A DNA stretch of 64,000 bases from Planctomycetota bacterium (GTDB lineage Bacteria; Planctomycetota; SZUA-567; H5-PLA8). The notes under the pieces are model-generated. The model had not been told where the DNA came from. It saw only the letters and a list, made by a program, of their open reading frames with translations, and made no database searches. The translations under genes were made by a program, and so were the position numbers. Location of the stretch: NCBI GenBank assembly GCA_045863855.1, contig BTVV01000028.1:101-64100 (forward strand), written 5' to 3'. This document shows positions 56,412 through 64,000 of this stretch, in pieces (position 1 is the stretch's first letter; each line of letters starts with the position of its first letter).

Positions 56412-57746
56412 ATGCCGGGAACGGAATCCATGACGCGCAGCGAGACGTGGAATCGCTTGAGCGCTCGGCACCTGGCCGGCGGCGTGGTCTCGCTGAACCG
56501 GAAGATCGATCCGGCGCTGGTCTTCGTGCGCGCACAGGGCAGCCGGATCTGGGATGCGGAGGGACGCGAGTACCTCGATTACCACGCGGCTTTCGCGCCG
56601 CATCTGCTGGGGCACAACGATCCGGAGATTAACGCGGCAATCGCGCGGGCGATGAATCAGGGCTGGTCGCTGATGGGCGCGGGCACGACGCCGTGGGAAG
56701 CCGAACTGGCGGCGAAGTTGTGCGAAGCGGTGCCGACGCTGGAAAGCGTGCAGCTTACCAATACCGGCAGCGAAGCGACGGCGCACGCGATTCGACTCGC
56801 CCGGGCGCATACCGGCCGCGAGGACGTGCTGCTCACGCTGGGCGGCTACAACGGCTGGCATAACGAAGTGGCGCGGACGGTGATGCCCACGCGAGCGCAG
56901 ATCGGCCCGCGGGTCTCTCAAGGCGAATACCCTTGGCTGCCCCTGAGCGCCGGCGTGCCCGAAGCCACGCAGCGCAAGCTGCACGCGGTCAACTTCAACG
57001 ATTTGGAGTCGGTCGAATGCGCGCTTCGCAAGCACTCCATCGCATGCGTGCTGACCGAACCGGTCCTGCAGAATGTGGGGGTGGTGCTCCCGCAGTCTGG
57101 CTATCTGCGCGGGTTGCGCGAGCTGTGCGACCGTTACGGCGCGGTGCTGGTCTTCGACGAAGTGAAGACGGGGTTCCGTTCGGCCTTGGGCGGGTACCAG
57201 AGCGTCTGCGGCGTGACGCCGGATTTGTCGGTCTTCGGCAAGGCGGTGGCGAATGGGCATCCGCTGGGTGTGATCGGCGGAAAGCGCGAGCTGATGGATC
57301 TGTTCGCGTCGCCCGATACCGGGAAGCGCGTGCTGATCGCGGGGACGTACAACGCGCACCCGCTGGCATGCGCCGCGGCTCTGGCGACGCTGGATCGGCT
57401 GGCGGCCCACGGGGGCGAGGTCTATGCGAAGCTTGAGGCGTTGAGCGCGCGGCTGCAACGCGGCCTGGAAGCGATCTTCCGCGAGCGCGGCGCGACGGCG
57501 ACGATGGTGCGGAACGCTTCGGCGTTCTGCGTGTATTTCATGGATCACGCGCCCCGCGACTGGCACGATATTTTGGATCACCACGACTTCGAGCGCGACC
57601 GGCTGCTGCGCTTGGCGCTCTTGGAGCGAGGCGTCTTCCATTTCCCGATGCCGTGCAAGCAGGGCTCGGTCAGCGCCGCACATTCGGAAGCGGAGATCGA
57701 CCGAACGCTGGATGCGACGCGCGAAGCGCTGCGGGGGCTGGCTTGA
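56412..57746 (+). CDS. class III PLP aminotransferase, glutamate-1-semialdehyde aminomutase-like
   Basis: [43 protein letters not shown]. Confidence 0.9.
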   Translation: MPGTESMTRSETWNRLSARHLAGGVVSLNRKIDPALVFVRAQGSRIWDAEGREYLDYHAAFAPHLLGHNDPEINAAIARAMNQGWSLMGAGTTPWEAELAAKLCEAVPTLESVQLTNTGSEATAHAIRLARAHTGREDVLLTLGGYNGWHNEVARTVMPTRAQIGPRVSQGEYPWLPLSAGVPEATQRKLHAVNFNDLESVECALRKHSIACVLTEPVLQNVGVVLPQSGYLRGLRELCDRYGAVLVFDEVKTGFRSALGGYQSVCGVTPDLSVFGKAVANGHPLGVIGGKRELMDLFASPDTGKRVLIAGTYNAHPLACAAALATLDRLAAHGGEVYAKLEALSARLQRGLEAIFRERGATATMVRNASAFCVYFMDHAPRDWHDILDHHDFERDRLLRLALLERGVFHFPMPCKQGSVSAAHSEAEIDRTLDATREALRGLA

Positions 57747-57748
57747 CC

Positions 57749-58927
57749 ATGAAAATCACGCGAATCGAGCCACTGGTTTGCCATGCGCGGATGCGGAACT
57801 GGATCTTCGTGAAGGTCCACACCGATCAAGCGGGCCTGTACGGCTGGGGCGAAGCGACGTTGGAATGGCACACGCGCGGAGTGGTAGGCGCGCTGGAAGA
57901 CCTGAACGGCCTGCTGATCGGCGAGGATCCGACGCGCATCGAACACCTGTGGCAATCGATGTACCGGCAGCATTTCTGGCACGGAAACGGGATCGTGCGC
58001 GGGACGGCGATCAGCGGGATCGACTTGGCGCTGTGGGATATCGTGGGCAAGGTTCACGGCGTGCCGTGCCACGCGCTTTGGGGCGGCGCGGTGCGCGACT
58101 ACGTGCGGCTCTACTGCCACCTCGGCGGCGGCAAGATGGAAGATTTTTACGAGACGAAGCCCGGCGACGCGAAGCGCTTTGCGGAGCTGGCGCGGAAGGC
58201 CATCGAGGAGGGCTTCACGGCGTTCAAGTCGATGGCCGTTCCGGAAACCATGCCGCTGGAGGGTCTCAAGCCGATCCGCTACGCGGAAAGCTGCGTGCGG
58301 GCCATGCGCGAAGCAGTGGGCGATGGGATCGACATCATGGTGGACTGCCACGCGCGGCCGAGTCCGGCGATGGGGATGCAGTTCGCTAAAGCACTGGAGC
58401 CGTACGGGCTATACTTTTTCGAAGAGCCATGCTGGCCGGAGCAGCTCGACGATTTGGCGGCGATTCAGCAAGCGGTTGCGACGCCCATCGCCACCGGCGA
58501 GCGGCTGGTGGGCCTGGAATCGTTCCGCGATGCGCTGGCCAAGCGCGCCTGCCGCGTCTTACAGCCGGATATCACGCATTGCGGAGGGCTCACACAGGCG
58601 CGGCGGATCGCGGCGCTGGCCGAGGCCTACCGCGTGGCGCTGGCGCCGCACAATCCGCAGGGCCCGGTAAGCACCGCGGCGTCGCTGGAGTTCGGCTTCG
58701 CGACGCCGGCATACGCCATCTGCGAGAGCGTGCATAACGACGTGCCGTGGCGGCAGGACGTGGTGAAAGAAGGCTTCGTTGTGGAAACGAAAGGCCGTCT
58801 TGTGCGCCCGAACGTGCGGCCGGGGCTGGGCATCGAGATCGACGAGTCCGAGGTGCGCAAACATCCGTTCCAGCAGGAAGTTCTGCAGCGGAGCTTCAAT
58901 CCCGATGGCAGTGTCACGGACTGGTAG
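57749..58927 (+). CDS. dgoD: galactonate dehydratase-like enolase-superfamily enzyme
   Basis: [51 protein letters not shown]. Confidence 0.85.
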   Translation: MKITRIEPLVCHARMRNWIFVKVHTDQAGLYGWGEATLEWHTRGVVGALEDLNGLLIGEDPTRIEHLWQSMYRQHFWHGNGIVRGTAISGIDLALWDIVGKVHGVPCHALWGGAVRDYVRLYCHLGGGKMEDFYETKPGDAKRFAELARKAIEEGFTAFKSMAVPETMPLEGLKPIRYAESCVRAMREAVGDGIDIMVDCHARPSPAMGMQFAKALEPYGLYFFEEPCWPEQLDDLAAIQQAVATPIATGERLVGLESFRDALAKRACRVLQPDITHCGGLTQARRIAALAEAYRVALAPHNPQGPVSTAASLEFGFATPAYAICESVHNDVPWRQDVVKEGFVVETKGRLVRPNVRPGLGIEIDESEVRKHPFQQEVLQRSFNPDGSVTDW

Positions 58928-58956
58928 GCGCGGCAAAGCCCAAAGGGAAACCGGAC

Positions 58957-59556
58957 ATGGCCGAGAAGCAAGCGAAGCCGGTGCAGTTGCTGATGCATCG
59001 CGCAAACTTGAACGATCTTCCGGTGCTGGCGTTGCCGGCCGGCTACATGCTGCGCGATTTCTCGGACGCCGACGAGCCGGCTTGGAATGCGCTCCAGGAT
59101 CTCGCATACGGCTGCAAGCCTGGGCACAACGATTTCACGAAACTGATGCGCAGCGATCCGGAGTTTCGCCCCGAGCGTGTGAAGCTGATCGTTTGCGGCG
59201 GGTCAGCAGTAGCGACGGCCTCGGCTTGGCATCGCCCGATTTTTGGCTCGCACGTGGGGTACGTGCACTGGGTCGGCTCGCATCCGGAGCACCGCGGCAA
59301 GAAGCTGGGGCATTGGGTGACTGTCGCGGCGATGTGGCACATGCGCGGAGAAGGCCGGACGCAGGTGGTGCTGCACACCGACGACTTCCGGCTCGCGGCG
59401 ATCAAAGTGTATCTCGCGCTGGGTTTCGTGCCGGTGGTGGACGATGAAAGCCATCGCACGCGCTGGCCTTCGATTCTGGAACAACTGGGCGCGGTGGAAC
59501 GCTTCGAGTCGATCCTGTCCGGTCCGCGTGTGACGTTACCGTTGAGGGCGATCTGA
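58957..59556 (+). CDS. GNAT-family N-acetyltransferase
   Basis: VHWVGSHPEHRGKKLG, LHTDDFRLAAIKVYLALGF. Confidence 0.9.
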   Translation: MAEKQAKPVQLLMHRANLNDLPVLALPAGYMLRDFSDADEPAWNALQDLAYGCKPGHNDFTKLMRSDPEFRPERVKLIVCGGSAVATASAWHRPIFGSHVGYVHWVGSHPEHRGKKLGHWVTVAAMWHMRGEGRTQVVLHTDDFRLAAIKVYLALGFVPVVDDESHRTRWPSILEQLGAVERFESILSGPRVTLPLRAI

Positions 59557-59557
59557 G

Positions 59558-60940
59558 ATGAGCGCACGGCCACAGCCGTTCTTGCACGCAGGCTTCGCCG
59601 GCCGCATTGGCGTGGCGCGGCGCGACATCACCGCGCCGGTGGGCATCTATGCGCGCAATTGGGGCGCGGCGGCGCACGACGCGTGCGAGGGCGTGCACCG
59701 GCCGCTGACGGCCACGGTGCTGGTGCTGCAGAACGGGAGCGGCGGGGAAACGCTGGCGCTGGTTTCCATCGATCTGATCCACGGCGGCGATCCGGAGAAC
59801 GCGTTGGTCCGCGCGGTGCGAGACGAAATGAAGCTCGACCCCTCGCGCGTGATGCTTGCGTTTACGCACACGCATGCGTGCCCGCGTTGGGAGGCCTCGC
59901 GCGAAGATCTCCCGGGTATGAGTCTGGTTCCGGCGTACGGCGCGCGGTTGGAGCAAGAGCTTCGCGAGGCGGCGCGGGAAGCCTTGGCTCGCGCGGAGCC
60001 GGCGGTGCTGACGTGGCGGTACGGACGCTGCGCGCTGGCGGCGGTGCGCGATCTGCCGGACCCCGATGCGGAGCGGCTCGTCACCGGGTTTCATCCTGGC
60101 GCGAGCGCCGACGACACGCTGCTGGCAGGGCGAGTCACCAACGCAAGCGGGCGGGTAACGGCGACACTGGTCCACTACGCGTGCCATCCGACGACGTTCG
60201 CGTGGCAGAACAAACTGCTTTCGCCCGACTGGCCGGGCGCGATGCGCGAGATCGTCGAAGGCGCGACAGAGGGCGCGCCGTGCCTGTATCTGCAAGGCGC
60301 TTCGGGCGAACTTGCGCCGCGCGAACAGTACACCGGCGATCCGAGCATCGTGGATAAGAACGGGCGGCAAGCCGGCTACGCGGCGCTTACGGCCTTGGAG
60401 GACATGTTGCCGCCGGCGACCCGCTTGGAGTACGCCGGCGTCGTGGAATCGGGCGCGCCGCTGGCGACTTGGCGGCGTGCGGCGTATCCGCCTTCGGCGG
60501 AGCTGCGGGCCGAGCGTTTCGAGGTGGAGCTGGCGCTCAAGGAAGATCTCCCGGGGCTTGTCGAACTGCAAGCGCGGCAGGAGTCCGAGCGCGACCGCGC
60601 GTTGCGCGAGCGACTGCGTCGGAAGATCTCGCTGCGCGAGCGGCTTGGTGAAGGACGTACGCATCGCGTGCCCGTGTGGCTTTGGCGTGTCGGGGACGCC
60701 GTGCTGCTGGGGCAGATCAACGAAACGTACTCGGACTTTCAGCGTTCGCTGCGCGCCGCGGCGCCCGGCGTGGCACTGGCTCCGATGAACGTGGTCAACG
60801 GAAGCATGGGGTACCTGCCGCCGCGCGAACTGTACGCGCGCGACGTGTACCCGGTCTGGCAGACGCCGTACGCGGCGGGCAGTCTGGAAAAACTGACGGC
60901 GGCATGCGCCGAGCGCGTGCGCGCGATTCTAAAGGACTAA
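59558..60940 (+). CDS. neutral/alkaline ceramidase N-terminal-domain-like hydrolase
   Basis: RDITAPVG, HRPLTATVL, THTHA, YACHPT, SPDWPG, LQGASGEL. Confidence 0.82.
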   Translation: MSARPQPFLHAGFAGRIGVARRDITAPVGIYARNWGAAAHDACEGVHRPLTATVLVLQNGSGGETLALVSIDLIHGGDPENALVRAVRDEMKLDPSRVMLAFTHTHACPRWEASREDLPGMSLVPAYGARLEQELREAAREALARAEPAVLTWRYGRCALAAVRDLPDPDAERLVTGFHPGASADDTLLAGRVTNASGRVTATLVHYACHPTTFAWQNKLLSPDWPGAMREIVEGATEGAPCLYLQGASGELAPREQYTGDPSIVDKNGRQAGYAALTALEDMLPPATRLEYAGVVESGAPLATWRRAAYPPSAELRAERFEVELALKEDLPGLVELQARQESERDRALRERLRRKISLRERLGEGRTHRVPVWLWRVGDAVLLGQINETYSDFQRSLRAAAPGVALAPMNVVNGSMGYLPPRELYARDVYPVWQTPYAAGSLEKLTAACAERVRAILKD

Positions 60941-60949
60941 GGGGGAGCC

Positions 60950-62185
60950 ATGGGACTTTCGATCGGATTGGTGGGACTGGGCGCATTCGGATCGTCTTTC
61001 GCGGCGCTCTTTAAAGCGCATCCGCTGGTAAGCCGGATCGGCTTTTGCGACCGCGAGCCCGAGCGAATCAAGCGTTTTGCGGAAGACCCGTTCTATAAAG
61101 ACAAGTTCTCGGAGGGCGACGCGTATCCGAGCCTGGATGCGATTCTTAAGGCGAAGTTCGACGCGCTGGTGGTGATCACGCAACCGTGGCTGCATGCGGA
61201 GCAGTGCATTCGGGCGCTGGAGCATGGGAAGGACGTGTACAGCGCCGTGCCGATCGTGTCGCTCCCCGACGCTTCAGAGATTCTCGACTGGTGTGACAAG
61301 CTGGTGCAGACGTGCCGGCGAACGGGCAAGCATTACATGCTGGGCGAGACGACGGTCTTTCATCCCGAGACGATGTACTGCCGGCGGCAGGCGCAGGCCG
61401 GCGCGTTCGGCGCGTTCGTCTTCGCCGAAGGGCAGTATTACCACGACGTGGACAGCCCGGGCTGCAACCTGCGCAAAGTTCAGGAGCACCGCCTGAACAG
61501 CGCGGCGGGGCGCGAGTGGATCGAGTTGAAGAAGGCGTACGACGCACGCGGCATCAAGGGCGGACCGATGCACTACCCGACGCATTCGACGAGCGGGCCG
61601 CTGCATGTGATGCGCACGCACGCGTTGAAGGCGAGTTGCGTGGGCTTCGAGGCTCCGCAGGACGATACGTTCTTTTCCGGCGAGTTCGGTAATGAGACGG
61701 GCTTCTTCAAGCTGGCGAACGGCGCCACGATGCGGATCAACGAGTACCGCCACATCGGCATGCACGGGGAGGAAGCGTTTAATGTGTACGGAACGCTGGG
61801 CAGTTTCCGGCACGATCACTGGATCGATAAGCAGCGTGGTACAAAGCTGAGCGTGGAGGAGATGCGCGATCCGCTGCCGCCGGAAGTGTACGACGCCTTC
61901 TATACGGCGATGAATCGCAAGGATCCCCCCAAGGATCGCCTGGGCTACAAGGACGACGACTTCGAAGCGAAGAAAGCCGACCAGCGGGTGTATGGCGGGC
62001 ACCGTGGATCGCACGCGTACTTGGTCCATGAATTCGTATCGGCCGTCGCAGAGAACCGTCCGCCGCTGACGAATGCGTGGGAAGCCTCGCGGTATATGGC
62101 GGCGGGGTGCGTGGCGCACCAATCGGCGCAGCGGGACGGCGAATGGCTGAACGTTCCGGATTGGGGCACGGCGCCGGAGCGCTGA
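60950..62185 (+). CDS. Gfo/Idh/MocA oxidoreductase
   Basis: IGLVGLGAFG, GKDVYSAVP, YMLGET, EGQYYH, HYPTHS, GGHRGSH. Confidence 0.9.
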   Translation: MGLSIGLVGLGAFGSSFAALFKAHPLVSRIGFCDREPERIKRFAEDPFYKDKFSEGDAYPSLDAILKAKFDALVVITQPWLHAEQCIRALEHGKDVYSAVPIVSLPDASEILDWCDKLVQTCRRTGKHYMLGETTVFHPETMYCRRQAQAGAFGAFVFAEGQYYHDVDSPGCNLRKVQEHRLNSAAGREWIELKKAYDARGIKGGPMHYPTHSTSGPLHVMRTHALKASCVGFEAPQDDTFFSGEFGNETGFFKLANGATMRINEYRHIGMHGEEAFNVYGTLGSFRHDHWIDKQRGTKLSVEEMRDPLPPEVYDAFYTAMNRKDPPKDRLGYKDDDFEAKKADQRVYGGHRGSHAYLVHEFVSAVAENRPPLTNAWEASRYMAAGCVAHQSAQRDGEWLNVPDWGTAPER

Positions 62186-64000
62186 TCAGCGCCCCAGCAA
62201 GCGCTTGAAGAAGCTTTTACCTTGGGCAAGGACGCGCTCGCCTTTCAGGAACCGTTGCAGATCCTGGGCGAGGTCGTCGGTGGTGGCGTAGCGCGCCGCC
62301 GGGTCCTTGCGCAGGCATTGCATGACGATGTATTCGAGCGGCTTTGGGATATCGGCCTTTACCTGCGAGGGCGGCGCCGGATCCTGTTCGACCACCAGTT
62401 TCATGATGTCGCCGGTGAGGACCCCCGTATAGAGCCGCGGGAAGGGCGGGTAGCCGGTGAGGCATTCGTACAGGATCGCGCCCAGGCTGTAGACGTCGCA
62501 GGTGGGCCGCAGGCGGCTTTCGTCGCCGCGGATATTTTCGGGCGACATGTAGCACAGTTCGCCCAGCGGCATCCCCTTCTTGGTCACTTCGGCTTTGATT
62601 TCCATCAGGCGCGAGATGCCGTAGTCGGTGATGCGCGGTTCACCCTCGTCGTTGAAGAGCACATTGGCCGGCTTCATCGCCCGGTGGAAGATGCTTTGCT
62701 TGTGGCCGGCGTGCAGGGCCGAGGCGAGTTTTACGATCAGTTCGGCGGACCACTTGGGGTCCTGGGGCTGCGCGGCGAGGCGCATGCCCAAGTCGCCGCC
62801 GGGCAGATACTCCATCGCTACCTGCGGGTTACCGTTGTACTGACCCACCGCGAAGACCTGGACGATGTGCGGATGCTCCAGGTACGCCGCCGATTCAATA
62901 TCGGCCTTGAAGCGCAGGCGATCGCTTTCGGTGAAGCCTTTGAAGTCGGTGTCCGCGAGCACCAATTTGAGGGCCATGGGCCGCTTGAGGACGTTGTGGC
63001 GCACCCGGTAGACGGAGCCCAGCGGGCCGATGCCGATTTTGCTGTGGAAGGTGTAGCCCTGCACGGCGGGGAAGTCTTCCGTACCCATGGGCTCGACCGG
63101 GCGTACGTTCGTGACCGGTTCGAGCGCGTTGGACTCGGCCGGCGGCTGACCGAGATCGGCTTTCTTCTTGGCCGGTTTGGCTTCGTCGTCGCGGCGCAAG
63201 TCGGATCGGAAAATGGTGTCGGGCGTGCGCGGAGCGGAATCGGGCGCTGGCGTGGCGGGCGTGTCGTAACGCGGCAGCGGCTTGGGTGCCGCGCGTTCGG
63301 CCGATCCCACCACGGTCGTCGGGATGCTTCCGGCCGGAAGTTTGCGCAGTGCCGGATCTCCGGCGGCATTTGCCTTCGCACCGTCTACCGGTGCTTGCAC
63401 CGTGGGCAGCAGGCCCATTTCAGTCGGTGGCACCAGATTGGTTTCGGCCCGCGGATTCATCGGACCTACCTGCGTGGTGGCCGGCTCATCTGCTCCATTG
63501 ATCTTGGCTGCGGGGCCGGACCCCGGTGCGGGCCTCGCGGAGTTCACGGCCAGCATGGTGGCGGCCATCTCGCCATCGGCGTCCGCGCTGCCCTTCTTGC
63601 CGGCTGCCGACGCGGTGGAGTTTGCGTTGAGCATAGTCGCGGCCGGCTCTTCGGCATGGGGAGCCGGTACGGCGATCGTGGAGGGCAGCGGAAGCAATTC
63701 GGCCGCTAACCCATCTCGGATTGCCGCCTTCTTTTGAGCTTCCGGATCGGGGGGTAGCGCAACTTCATCGACGGGAATTACTTCCACCCGGTTGACCGCT
63801 TCGGCCGTGGTCTCTTGCTTCGCGCGCGCGGCCACGGCTTGTTGTTTTCGGACAAGCGCTTCCTGCAGGGCACGTTCTTCTGCGTTTCGCTTGGCGTCAG
63901 CCTCGGCTTCTTGCTTGGCGCGTTCGTCCGCTTCGCGCTTGGTCTTGGCCTCGGCTTCCTGCTTGGCGCGTTCGTCGGCCTCGCGTTTCGCCTTAGCCGC
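62186..64000 (-). CDS. Ser/Thr kinase-like protein (probable pseudokinase), 5' part outside the window
   Basis: Frame open to the window edge; GIGPLGSVY, MALK, HRAMKPAN, DYG, YMSPE, DVYSLG; upstream charged coiled-coil repeats. Confidence 0.88.
   Translation of the reverse strand, partial: AAKAKREADERAKQEAEAKTKREADERAKQEAEADAKRNAEERALQEALVRKQQAVAARAKQETTAEAVNRVEVIPVDEVALPPDPEAQKKAAIRDGLAAELLPLPSTIAVPAPHAEEPAATMLNANSTASAAGKKGSADADGEMAATMLAVNSARPAPGSGPAAKINGADEPATTQVGPMNPRAETNLVPPTEMGLLPTVQAPVDGAKANAAGDPALRKLPAGSIPTTVVGSAERAAPKPLPRYDTPATPAPDSAPRTPDTIFRSDLRRDDEAKPAKKKADLGQPPAESNALEPVTNVRPVEPMGTEDFPAVQGYTFHSKIGIGPLGSVYRVRHNVLKRPMALKLVLADTDFKGFTESDRLRFKADIESAAYLEHPHIVQVFAVGQYNGNPQVAMEYLPGGDLGMRLAAQPQDPKWSAELIVKLASALHAGHKQSIFHRAMKPANVLFNDEGEPRITDYGISRLMEIKAEVTKKGMPLGELCYMSPENIRGDESRLRPTCDVYSLGAILYECLTGYPPFPRLYTGVLTGDIMKLVVEQDPAPPSQVKADIPKPLEYIVMQCLRKDPAARYATTDDLAQDLQRFLKGERVLAQGKSFFKRLLGR

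Noticed and set aside
56412-57746. Assigning gene symbol hemL
   Set aside because: The family match is clear, but the catabolic operon context and divergent motifs make the tetrapyrrole role uncertain

Overview
GC-rich bacterial chromosomal segment. Gene content (several Hanks-type Ser/Thr kinases, an FHA protein, a sulfatase, MoxR/vWA/DUF58, HEAT/TPR proteins, an ECF-FecR pair) suggests a PVC-superphylum organism, most likely a planctomycete; this is inference. The window is dominated by glycan and sugar catabolism: GH29, GH9, beta-helix enzymes, a GH99-like protein, a sulfatase, three Gfo/Idh/MocA oxidoreductases, two ceramidase-like hydrolases, aminotransferases and dgoD. It also carries signalling genes, isolated pgk and trpF, and tRNA-Glu(CTC)/tRNA-Gln(CTG). 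Best candidates for new biology: (1) an ECF sigma / FecR anti-sigma / secreted beta-helix enzyme operon in which the anti-sigma sensor domain is a collinear, apparently degenerate copy of the enzyme encoded directly downstream; (2) a 22-aa Lys-rich peptide gene missed by the ORF track, with RBS, terminator and a ~500-nt structured upstream region; (3) a ~260-nt structured non-coding region between pgk and a TPR gene; (4) a pseudokinase (HRD to HRA); (5) tandem HEAT proteins sharing a secretin-like motif; (6) small repeat/MITE families and a lower-GC islet with attC-like sites. All family calls come from motif recognition by eye; no searches were run.
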